A DNA stretch of 63,294 nt, the filler included, from Octopus bimaculoides (taxonomy: Eukaryota): the NCBI RefSeq assembly GCF_001194135.2. It is 7 parts of 6 records of this genome, joined end to end, with 100 filler letters (N's around TTAATTAATTAA, not from the genome) between each part and the next. Parts side by side here need not be neighbours in the genome. Positions count along the whole stretch, not along the records: positions 1 to 17,810 come from NC_068989.1; positions 17,911 to 32,562 come from NC_069007.1; 5 more parts are not named here. One strand, written 5' to 3'. The position numbers were made by a program, and so were the translations under genes. Within the stretch, counting starts at the first letter, position 1. Each line of letters begins with the position of its first letter. Positions 13,500 through 25,198 of the stretch are shown here, in pieces. The notes beneath the pieces are model-generated. The model ran no database searches. It saw nothing but the letters and a program-made list of their open reading frames with translations, and was not told the origin of the DNA.

Positions 13500-15739
13500 C
13501 TGAAAAATAAAAAATAAAAACATGTTTAAAATTTTTCCTAATATAGAAGCAAGCTAATGATCCAGGCAAGTGTTTTAACAATTCAGTAATATATTTCATT
13601 TTTATACATATTAATTTGCTGAAAACACATTTAGCCTAACTGTGAAAATAATTATGTTGGGATTATACTACAAACATTTTCAACAACTCCACAACATATT
13701 ACATGAGCTTTGTTAAGTCAGTCATCAATAAGTGTGGGTATGACTTGTTCAAATGCCAACAAGGGAAACTTTACCTTTCATCAATAAATTAGTATCAGTT
13801 AGACACATGTCACAAATTTCAATAGCTGACTATATTGATCCCCAGTATCTATGTTGAAAATTATTTGCTTAGAGAAGTTCCAAACAACTTCTCAGTCTGA
13901 ATCTCTGCAAGTTTATGCATGTAAGAAAAAATTCTAATAGGATACATTTTCCAAAAGGAATGTTTGAGGGGTTGACACTTGGTAGAGATTATAAAGAGAA
14001 GTAGCAAAGGAATTAGGTGGCCTTCAGTAGAGGTGTTACGGAGGTTGCTAGTTGTACTTTGAGGAAAACGAGTGCTGTAAGCTAATGATTGTAGTCTGTT
14101 GGGTTTTTTTTGTCTCCTCATTCACCATTTTCCACAGTTACTACAATTTTGACAGGAACAAAGTCAGAGGAATGTATCATGCTTTAATGTCACATTTTTG
14201 GCTTGGTTTCTACAACTGATTCTCTTCCTAATGCTAACCTCTTTACAAAGTGTATTGGGTGCATTTTACATGATACCAGCACTAATGATGTTGTCATATA
14301 ATTCACAAAACTTAAAAGCCTTTAAGTATATGTTTGACATATTGTTATAAACATTCAATAAATTTTCATTTTCTGTAATGATCAAATATAAAATTATAAA
14401 CAGCCACACAATTCCACAACAACATAAGAGGATCTAATCCCACCTATTAAATTAATTTTATTTTGTTTGTTTCATTCTTGCCATTCACAACCATCACTTT
14501 TGGGCCATGATCCTTTTGCTATGAATTACAATTTTAAATATGTTCCAATATTTTTGAGCATCAGTGGAGAACCCTTTTAGTGTCAAGGTAAATTGCAAGT
14601 GCCTAAGAACCTGTGAGGGAGAGTATAATCTTAACAAAAACAACAATATAGGCTTTCTGGTATGGTTTCTTATTACTGAATAGTGGAATTCTTAAAATGT
14701 GGTAGGTTGGGCAGAATATAAGAAAGTGGACATTAAAGAAACACTGGAAAATGAAGTTAATTTCTTCTGAAGATTCAGAAGTAACACAATCAATAGAAGA
14801 GTTTGCATGGTGTTCTATTTGCATTAGTGATATGCTTAATACCACTAATAATACTACTGTACATAATGTAAGGCAGTATAAAATTAATAATATCTTAAGT
14901 GTAAATGTCAAAATTGATGACCATTAATTTAGAGGAATTAATCATACACATACTTTCTCAAATCATCATCATTTAACGCCTGTTTTCCATGCTGGCATGG
15001 GTTGGATGGTTTGACTGAAAACTGGTAAGCAGGGGAGCCGCAACAGGTTCCAATTTGATTTGGCATGGTTTCTACAGCTGGATGCCCTTCCTAATGCCAA
15101 CCTACACTATGACTATTCACTGAGATATATGTATACCTTTTTTTATGCAACAAATGTATTTTTAATGCATATATATATGAATGTCTGAGGGTGAGGATCC
15201 CATAATATCAACAAAGTGCAACAGGCATTGAACACAAAGTAAAGTTCTGAATAAAGATACCTTGTAGGGTTTTAGAAAATTTAAGATGTCAACAAAAATG
15301 AAGGTAACAGAAGCATTCCCAGTAACAAAAGCATACCATTGATGAGGTAACATAGAAGAGAAAATTAAAAATCTGCAAAGATTTCTCAAAGTGAAAGCAA
15401 CATCAGCCAATTACTTGATAGTACTTGCCAAATAAACTTATATATAGTAATTGTTTTGATAAGTTTATTTTTGCCATTATGATTTTCCTTCATGTCTGTT
15501 GTATTCATGTTCCTAGTACTTGTATTTTCACTTTGTCGTTAAGTGTGTGAATATGTATAAATACATGTGGTCCTAATAAAGTAGGGTTTTATAGTTTGTA
15601 GAAATAGAAAAGCTTACTAATGCTTTCAAGACCAGGAGAAGAATAATGAATTTCTTTTCTCCATGTAGCATCACATATAAAGTGGAAATGTTCTTCATGG
15701 TGAGAAGCAACATATGTAACTATGCATCATCTACATGCA

Positions 15740-16400
15740 ACCTAGACACCACACATTAAATCTGTATTTATTCAACAGAGACCTTGAGAGCATTCCCCAG
15801 CAGAGTTGTGCCAATCTTGTCTCTTTCAACAGCACAAAAGATCAAGTACTACTCATATAAAAAAAAAAAAAAACACATTACATCTCCTATAAACATAAGT
15901 GTTACTCAAATACAGCTTCACTATCACTGAGGAGCTTTCCTGGCGAAAACATCCTTAGTATTGTTAAAACTGCATCCCAACAACTAGCCAGTCTCTTTAG
16001 CACCAAAAGATATTTCCATCCTCAACAGTTGCTGACACTCTACAAGGTTCAAGTGATGCCCACAATAGAGTACAGCTCATACATCTGGGATGGTGCTTCT
16101 GCCATGCAAACTAACATTTTGGATTGCATCCAGAGAAGAACCACTCCACTGACTAGCATTCCATCACTGAAGGAGATACTTCAACTTCTGGTCCACAGCT
16201 GTGTTGATTCCTACTCTTGTCTTTTCTAGCACTATTACAATGGCCACTGCTCCTTGGAGCTGGCTGGTCTCATATCTTTACTGTTCAGGAACTCTCAACC
16301 TACTTGTCTCTATATCTCAATCATTCTTTCCCTGCACTGACCACTATGCTCAATCCTTCATCTCCAGAACACTGGCCTTCTGGAATTTTCTTCCTGCAGG
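15740..16400 (+). mobile_element. Jockey/CR1-like LINE, RT C-terminal fragment (in a shugoshin intron, antisense)
   Basis: DLESI...NLVSFNS...; LTLYKVQVMPTIEYSSYIWDGAS...ILDCIQRR; QSFISRTLAFWNFLP. Confidence 0.8.
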
Positions 16401-17362
16401 TGGTGACCAGCAACAATTTAAATGGAACAGTATTGATTTCACTAGCCTTAAAAGTCTCAGAACCTACAAGGATCATGGGCACTTCCATACCTCCCCCAAA
16501 ATCAGTGAGTGGGAAAAAAACATTATGATCAATGATTAGGCAAAATATTATGTTAATATTATAGCACACAATTCACTGAGTGGCTGATGAAAATTAATTC
16601 AATTAAGCCATTAACTAAATCTGTATGAATGAGATAGCCTCACTAGAACACAAAATATATTTCATTACTTTTTTTAGGAGAAATCTACTCCATATTAAAT
16701 ATTTATATACTATATTCTCAAGCAAACAAAAATATTTTTTACAATATCTTAAACAGCACTTGTCTTCTATATTTATTGCTGAAAGCTATTTAGAAATCTA
16801 TAAACATTTATCCAGGACCTGTTCATTAGCAATGCTTGAATAAACAGCTTGAATTGTTAGTGGAGCCATCAATTTTTTTTAACAGTGAATCACACTGTAT
16901 ATAAGGAGAATGGTTCACATACAATGAACCACAGCAGGAACCGTTATGTGGTCACTGAGCCAATGTGAACATTATTGTATTTACTGAGTCAACAAAGCAG
17001 TCACTGTGACTGCTTCCTCAGCCCACAGCCTATCTAGAAAAAAAGAGACCACATTGAATACTGTAGTCCAGCACAGACTATAGCTGTGGAAGACAAGACT
17101 TTCTTGGTCAACAATACCAACTGAAGGTTAATCAATGACAAGAATGAATCTCAATTATAGACAAATCAAACTTATAGATATTTAAGATAAATGTCAATGT
17201 ATATTTATATTCTAGAATAACCAATAAAATTAGGCAATGAATGAAATTTCTACTTCATATGAAAATAGTTCATAAACATGAAAACAAACATTTTTATAAT
17301 TTCAGAATTTGCAACAAAACTCAAATGGTGATGATACTACATAAAAAGTTTTAAAAATTTAC

Positions 17363-17499
17363 TCATAATTATCTTCAGATAGACGTTTTGAAGAATTTTT
17401 GGAAAGATTTAAAGGACTTGTATTTCTTGAAGTAGCTTCTGGTGGTAAATCAGTGAGTTGCACATCAATATTTTCCTTCATTTCACAAATTAATGTTGC
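17363..17499 (-). CDS. SGO1: Probable upstream shugoshin exon (ATLICEMKENIDVQLTDLPPEATSRNTSPLNLSKNSSKRLSEDNY)
   Basis: Acceptor ttttcttttccag, 137 nt open reading, donor gtaaat. Ends in phase 2, compatible with the SGO exon (GA+G = Glu). The S/T/N-rich sequence fits the disordered shugoshin middle region but is not diagnostic. Confidence 0.6.
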
Positions 17500-17524
17500 C
17501 TGGAAAAGAAAATTTGATTATGAA

Positions 17525-17810
17525 CAACAAACGAGTGAATCAATTTAGATGAGATGCAGTTTGGGTTCGTGCCAGGTAAAAGCACTACTGATGCCTTATT
17601 TCTAGTGAGACAGTTGCAGGAGAAATACCTAGCTAAGGATAAACCTCTGTACCTGGCTTTCGTTGACATGGAGAAAGCCTTTGACAGGGTCCCCCGATCC
17701 CTTATCTGGTGGTCAATGAGGAAACTTGGGATAGAAGAATGGTTAGTGAGAGCTGTGCGAGCCATGTACAGAGATGCTGCCAGTAAGGTGAGGGTTGGAA
17801 ATGAGTACAG
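17525..17810 (+). mobile_element. RTE LINE RT fragment, no stops up to the gap
   Basis: QFGFVPGKSTTDALFLVRQLQEKYLAKDKPLYLAFVDMEKAFDRVPRSLIWWSMRKLGIEEWLVRAVRAMYRDAASKVRVGNEY. Confidence 0.92.
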
Positions 17811-18339
17811 NNNNNNNNNNNNNNNNNNNNNNNNNNNNNNNNNNNNNNNNNNNNTTAATTAATTAANNNNNNNNNNNNNNNNNNNNNNNNNNNNNNNNNN
17901 NNNNNNNNNNGTTGCAAGCTTGAAGAGATGATCAGATGAGATTATGGGATATTCATGCCTCCTCGTGGGGAGTGAGGGGTGTGAGACAGCGGAAAGGGGG
18001 AGGAGCAGGATTGTTATGATGACGGTAGCATTAGGGTGACAATGGAGATGAAGACGATGACGATCAATGAAGATGATGATGATGACGACAACAACGATGA
18101 TGATGATGATTAAGATGACGACAACAATGACAATAATGCTACAGATGCTGATGACAGTAAGCTTCATCACAAAATAGTAAATTTAGAACACATCACCAGA
18201 TGAGATTAGGAGATGTTCATGCCTATCCAGCGCTCAATGGGGTCCTTTTTTAGACAAATACAAAACTTACAAAAGCAAGATTTTTATATTTGATCATTTT
18301 TTTTCTTCTTTTATTTGTTCCAGTCAATAAACACACACA

Positions 18340-18416
18340 ATGCCCGATCTGGGAATCGAAACCGCGATCCTATGACTGCGAGTCCGCTGCCCTAACCACT
18401 GGGCCATTGCGCCTTC
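18340..18416 (-). mobile_element. tRNA-derived head of SINE family B
   Basis: Reverse complement of the head at 23824 (ggcgcaatggcccagtggttagggcagcggactcg...gtttcgattccc). Confidence 0.8.
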
Positions 18417-18814
18417 ACAGTTAATAATAATTAGCAACATAATTAACAACATAATTAGCTGCATTGTTTAAGAAGCCTGCCTCACAACAGCAGTCCTCGT
18501 CTAATCCCACTGAGTTGAGACCCTGGGGCAAGTGTCCTTTGTTGAGGCCTTGCACCAGCCGAATATCCTGTGAGTTAGATCATGATAAGAATATACCAGA
18601 AAGCTAAAGTTTAATGAATTTGTTAACAGAATAATTAAGAGATAATTTATTCAATATTCAGGCTGAAGGAATGTCTCACTGAAATGAAAGCAAAACTTTA
18701 ATTAAACTCGTTATTTCACAAACCAAGTCGTCTTCACAAATATATTATCGTACGTACAAAGGCTGTGTCCCAGGATGGCCTCAGCCTCGGGCAGAAACCA
18801 ATGAATACAGACGT

Positions 18815-19105
18815 CTTTCTTTTACTTATTTCAGTCATTAAACTGTGGCCATGCTGGGGTACTGGTTTGTAGGCTTTTTAGTCAAATGAATCGACCCCAG
18901 GACTTATTTTTTAAAACCTAGTACCTATTGGTCACTTTTGCTTAAAACTACTAAGTTACAGGAACATAAACAAACCAACACCTGTTGTCAACCAGTGGTG
19001 GCAGACAAACGCACGCACACACACACACATATATGTAGGTATGTATGTGTATATGACGGGCTTCTTTCAGTTTCCATCTACCAAATCCACTCACAAGGCT
19101 TTGAT
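18815..19105 (-). mobile_element. SINE family A, partial
   Basis: Matches the family A consensus; head truncated. Confidence 0.8.
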
Positions 19106-19588
19106 CGCATGGCACATTCTACACCTATTCAGGTAATATCGATTTGACGGAGTAAGGTGGTGAGCTGGCAGAAACGTTAGCACACCGGGTGAAATACCTA
19201 GTGGTATTTCGTCTACCTTTACGTCCTGAGTTCAAATTCACCAAAGTCGACTTTCCCTCTCCCCAAATATTTCAGGCCTCGTGCCTTGAGTAGAAAAGAA
19301 TATCGATTCTATGGAGGCAGTGAGCTAATGTATTGGCACATGCAGTTCATAACTATCAACAAACCATTTGTGCAACTCGTCCAGCAAAGGTTGAATGCTC
19401 ATTGGTCATTTACGGTGGGAGAGTCCACCATATACATATATTCTGTATCCACTGTCTACTACTACACGCAGTGTAGTTCCAGTGACAACGCAGTTCCAGT
19501 GACAATTGTGCAATTACTGTGGATGGCACCAGGTAGCCATAAGCAGGGAATGTGCTTTGTTAGCATACTACTATATATAGAAATATAC

Positions 19589-19619
<31 letters not shown>

Positions 19620-19679
19620 TACATACATGCATACATACATACACATATTCAAATAGGAATAATTAGAAGCACCTCAAGG

Positions 19680-20063
19680 CTTATAAACAAAATTGAACAC
19701 ACACACACAGGGTATATATATATATATATATTATATACATATATATATACACATATGAATACACATATATAAATATATATATATATAGATATATTCTTAA
19801 TATTTAATGTATGTGTATGTGTATATATATATATATTAAGAATAATTTATATATATAATATAGCAATACATATTTATACACCCACACACACACATATATA
19901 TAGACGTATCCAAACGACACACACACAAACACTCATGTTCCCAAATTGATATTACATCAGCAGATTTAATTTAAATAACATTCTTCTAATTACTGGCAAC
20001 GAATGAAACAATTGCTTTAAGCTATGAAACAGATTGTAACAAATATACATACATATATGTATG

Positions 20064-20117
<54 letters not shown>

Positions 20118-20156
20118 TACATACATACATATATGCATATATATGTATATATACAT

Positions 20157-20200
<44 letters not shown>

Positions 20201-20291
20201 GATATATAAATACACATATATACATACATATATGTGTGTGTGTATATATACATCTATATATATATATTTATATATACATATATATATATTT

Positions 20292-20324
<33 letters not shown>

Positions 20325-20990
20325 GTATGTATATCTCTGTGTGTGTGCATGTGTGTGTCTCTATGTGTGCATAACCTCCACAGATAGATTAATTAATTTA
20401 TCTAAGTTTAACGGTTTCCCATTTATAAATTCTGTATTTTTATGACCAGAAAATATTTGTTCTTCAAAATAATGTGCAAACAAGTCGATACAAATTTCTT
20501 AGGTTTTTTTTTGTTTTGGCTTGTTTTGTTTTATGCCTAACAACTGGCACATCGCCTCCATATTGGCAATTTGGATTCATTTTATAGATAGCTAGACAGA
20601 CAGACAAACAGATAGATAGATAGATAGACAGGCAGGTAGGTAGGTAGGTAGGTAGATAGATAGTTGGATGGATGGATGGATGGGTGGGTGGTAGACAGAT
20701 AGACAGACGAACAGACGGACGGACAGATGTATTGATAGATGGGATAGGTAGGTATGTAGGTAGGTAGATATGTAGGTATATAGCTAGGTAGGTGGGTGGG
20801 TAGACAGATAAATATACAGAAACACAGGCAGATAGATAGATAGATAGATAGAGAGATAGAGAGACAGACAGACAGACAGACAGACAGGCAGGCAGGCAGG
20901 CAGATAAATAAATAGATAGAGTTAGAGATAGAGACATAGATAAATTGATAGATAGATAGATAGATACATACATACATACATAGAAAGAAA
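19680..20990. repeat. Compound microsatellite block (TA)n/(TATG)n, then (GATA)n/(GACA)n/(GGAT)n/(TAGG)n
   Basis: Read directly from the sequence; source of spurious YI/LSIY ORFs. Confidence 0.9.
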
Positions 20991-21524
20991 AAAAACCAAC
21001 CAAGTTACAGGGACTGATGTTGATTGTTTTTTAGTTAAATCTGTAGCTTTAATCTACCCAGGGTTATCTCTCTTCAGTATTTCCCATTGAGGAAAGTCAA
21101 ATAGCCAGAAACAGCTGTCTGGGAATCCAATAGGAGGAAGCACTGGGATGATATGGTGCTTCCGCACCTTTTACTAAAAGAGAGAATTGTTTTTCTCCAT
21201 GATAATTGCAGTGGTATGTGTATGTGTGTGGTTGTGTGTGCATGTGTGTGTGTGTGTTTGTCCCTCGTCACTGCATGACCACCGATGTTGGTTTGTTTAC
21301 ATCCCTGTAACTCAGCAGTTTGGTAAAAAGAGACTGATAGAATAAGTACCAGGCTTTAAAAAAAAAAATCAAGTCCTGCAGTCAATTCCTTTGACTAAAA
21401 TTCTTGAAGGCAGTGCTCCAGCATGGCCACAGTCCAATGATTGAGACTAATAAAAGTTCAGGGATGTCCTACATGCATTCACCCACACCACCTTAACCCT
21501 TTCGTCACATTGCCTTGAATTAAT

Positions 21525-21840
21525 CTCTCTCACTCTCACTCTCTCGCTCTTTCTCCCTCACTCAACCACTCTCTCTTTCACTCTCACTCTCTCACTCTTT
21601 CTCTCTCGCTCTTTCTCCCTCTCGCTCTTCCTCTCTCCCTCTCACACTCACTCATTCTCTCACTCACTCTCTCTCTCACGCTCTTTCTCTCTCTATTTCT
21701 CTCTCACTCTCTTGCTCTTTCTCTCTCTCTCTCCCCCTCTCATTCTCTTGCTCTTTCTCTCTCTCACTCACTCACTCACCCATTCCCTCTCTCAATCTCA
21801 CTCTTTCTCTCTCCCTCTCTCTCTCTCTGTCCCCCCCCCA
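21525..21840. repeat. (CT)-rich polypyrimidine/polypurine tract
   Basis: About 300 bp of almost pure C/T on the + strand. Confidence 0.9.
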
Positions 21841-23086
21841 CACCTTAATTAGTGCTGGTTGAATATCTGCTGAATAAATGAAGAAGGCAAAGTCTTTCCA
21901 CATCCACACACAGTTTTCGCTTTCCTTCAACTGCCACAAATCTATCAGAGAGTCTCACCGACAATTACAAAACCTATACTCAACGGCCGAGTCAGACAAG
22001 TGCACAAACAGTGAAAAGGAGCAGCACCATCAGCATCAACAACAACAGCATCGGCACCATCAGCAGCAGGGATATTATCAGACAAGGCAAATTGTATGTG
22101 TGACTTACACATTGAACTCAGCTTATCTCTGGAATAATCCTTGAAAAATCTATAATTAAAATAAGCTAATTCGGGTACAGCTGTGGTCATTTGATTGAGA
22201 AGCTCTCCGCTTCAGGGTTCCAAGTTCAATCAACACTGCCCCTCCCCCTCCCCACGCGCACACACAACAGGGCAATGAGTTGTGGATATAGCTTCTGGCT
22301 TCTCTTGGAAGACAACATAACATAGGAAACGGCTGAAACCTTGAGGTGGTCGAAGAATTTTCACAGCTTACAATACAAACAATAAAATTAAGAAAATATT
22401 TAAGTGCAGGAGTGGCTGTGTGGTAAGTAGTTTGCTTACCAACCACATGGTTTCCGGGTTCAGTTCCACTGTGTGTCACCTTGGACAAGTGTCTTCTACT
22501 ATAGCCTCAGGCCGACCAAAGCCTTGTGAGTGGATTTGGTAGACGGAAACTGAAAGAAGAACGTCGTATATATGTATAATATATATATATATATANNNNN
22601 NNNNNNNNNNNNNNNNNNNNNNNNNNNNNNNNNNNNNNNNNNNNNNNNNNNNNNNNNNNNNNNNNNNNNNNNNNNNNNNNNNNNNNNNNNNNNNNNNNNN
22701 NNNNNNNNNNNNNNNNNNNNNNNNNNNNNNNNNNNNNNNNNNNNNNNNNNNNNNNNNNNNNNNNNNNNNNNNNNNNNNNNNNNNNNNNNNNNNNNNNNNN
22801 NNNNNNNNNNNNNNNNNNNNNNNNNNNNNNNNNNNNNNNNNNNNNNNNNNNNNNNNNNNNNNNNNNNNNNNNNNNNNNNNNNNNNNNNNNNNNNNNNNNN
22901 NNNNNNNNNNNNNNNNNNNNNNNNNNNNNNNNNNNNNNNNNNNNNNNNNNNNNNNNNNNNNNNNNNNNNNNNNNNNNNNNNNNNNNNNNNNNNNNNNNNN
23001 NNNNNNNNNNNNNNNNNNNNNNNNNNNNNNNNNNNNNNNNNNNNNNNNNNNNNNNNNNNNNNNNNNNNNNNNNNNNNNNNNNNNAC

Positions 23087-24210
23087 ACCTAATGCTCCAC
23101 GAGGCTCCGGCAGGGGATGGTGGCGAACCCTGCTGTACCACAACTTTCTCTCACTCTTACTTCCTGTTTCTGTTGTGCCTGTAATTCAAAGGGCCAGCCT
23201 TGTCACACTCTGTGTCACGCTGAATATCCCCAAGAACTACGTTAAGGGTACACGTGTCTGTGGAGTGCTCAGCCACTTGCACGTTAATTTCACGAGCAGG
23301 CTGTTCCGTTGATCGGATCAACTGGAACCCTCGTCGCCGTAAGCGACGGAGTGCCAACAACAACAACTTAGAGAGGGGAGGCAATAAAGATATCATGTTA
23401 GTGAAAACGAACAATGAAGCAAGACAAAGTTACCTCCCTTCCGCACAAAGCTTGTCAAATGGAAATACTCCTCTTGTTCTGGTTCTGAATCTCCAGTTCT
23501 TTCTGTGTTGCGTTGCTTAAATATAATCAGCCAGGCCCCTGTTTCCAAACGTCTTTGATAACCCCTTGCCCTTTTCCCTGTCAGAATGGTTTGGGGCAGT
23601 GACTTGTAAGCGCATCCTTTATGTCCAATATACCGTAGCTGTGTGGAACTCGATTCTCATCTATGGATGTCTTTGGACTTTTGCTTCATCTCTTACTTTG
23701 CTTTTACAGCTTATATAAACACACAAACACACACAGAAAGAAAGGTGGAGAGAGAAAGAGAGTGAGAGTGAGAAAGAGAGTGAGAGAGAGAGAAAGGTAG
23801 ATAGATAGATAGATAGACAGGTAGAGGCCAATGGCCCACTGGTTAGGGCAGCGGACTCGCAGTCATAGGATCGCGGTTTCGATTCCCAGACCCGGCGTTG
23901 TGAGTGTTTATGGAGCAAAAAACACCTAAAGCTGCACGAGGCTCCGGCAGGGGATGGTGGCGAACCCTGCTGTACTCTTCCACCACAACTTTCTCTCACT
24001 CTTTCTTCCTGTTTCTGTTGTGCCTGTAATTCAAAGGGTCAGCCTTGTCACACTGTGTTACGCTGAATATCCCCGAGAACTACGTTAAGGGTACACGTGT
24101 CTGTGGAGTGCTCAGCCACTTGCACGTTAATTCCACGAGCAGGCTGTTCCGTTGATCGGATCAACTGGAACCCTCGTCGCCGTAAGCGACAGAGTGCCAA
24201 CAACAACAAC
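23087..24210 (+). mobile_element. Two tandem copies of SINE family B (23087-23368, 5' end in the gap; 23824-24210, complete)
   Basis: tRNA-like head, shared body, and tail gctgttccgttgatcggatcaactggaaccctcgtcgccgtaagcgac...(caa)n. Confidence 0.88.
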
Positions 24211-24250
24211 AGAAAGGTAGATACATACATAGGTATGTATGTACATTTAT

Positions 24251-24617
24251 AAGCGCAGGAGTGGCTGTGTGCTAAGTAGTTTGCTTACCAACCACACGGT
24301 TCCGGGTTCAGTCCCACTGCGTGACATCTTGGGCAAGTGTCTTCTACTATAGCCTTAGGCTGACCAAAACCTTGTGAGTGGATTTGGTAGATGGAAACTG
24401 ATGAAAGAAGCTCATCGTATAATGTGTGTGTGTTTGTCATCGCCCGCCATCGTTTGACAACCGATGTTGGTGTGTTTATGTCCCCGTAACCTAGCGGTGC
24501 GGCAAAAGGGACAGATAGAATAAGTACTAGGCTTACAAAGAATGAGTCCTGGGGTCGATGTGTTCGACTAACGGTAGTGCTGCAGCATGACCGCAATCAA
24601 AATGACTGAACCAAAAC
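24251..24617 (+). mobile_element. SINE family A, complete
   Basis: Head aagcgcaggagtggctgtgtg...gggttcagtccc; tail aatgactgaacc. Further copies at about 21225-21455, 22402-22596, 32665-33230(-), 33722-34136(-), 48255-48830(-) and 53478-53905(-). Confidence 0.88.
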
Positions 24618-25017
24618 AATACGTACACACACAGCGGCGCGTCAAATCAACCTCCGTATAAAGTTAAAAACAGGTTATCTCCCTTGCACTATAAAAGCCT
24701 ACCAGCAAAATAACACCAGGTCTCACCTGGCCGAATGCATCACGGGCATCCACTCTATTTTTCTGTATTATTTTAAAACTATTTTTTTCATTACCTTATT
24801 AAATATAAATTTGATATTCAATATTAAATTCATGGACCTCATAATCACACAGCCATGCAATGTAGCCTTAGATATACCGTGTCTGAGTAAAAGACACAAT
24901 TATTAGGACCCAGAGCACATTTTTTATCATTGGCCTGCATGTCCCCCTGCAGCCTTTGCGATATCCTCAAACCAATGGTTTCTGGATAATTTCACTTCCT
25001 CAGTACAGGACAATCGC

Positions 25018-25198
25018 TGGCTAGAGATGGCAGCTACTCAACCTAGTTCACAGTATATACTTATCAAGTGACACACAGTCACTGACCTCATAATAAGAAA
25101 AACTAGTTTTAAATCTCTGAGCAAGAAACATGTAGTAACAGTACTGGATGGTAAAGTCTATACCGTGAGCGAGGTTGAGTAGCTGCTATCTCTAGTCA
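25018..25198. mobile_element. MITE-like element with 27-bp terminal inverted repeats
   Basis: tggctagagatggcagctactcaacct (25018-25044) versus aggttgagtagctgctatctctagtca (25172-25198): 25/27 complementary. Confidence 0.65.

Noticed and set aside
15430-15470. 12-bp perfect inverted repeat with a 17-nt loop (miRNA-like?)
   Set aside because: Very AT-rich and short; expected by chance at this base composition.
21878-22144. His/Gln-rich 88-aa ORF
   Set aside because: Appears to start in a repeat tail and runs through a (CAG/CAT)n microsatellite; no splice or domain support.
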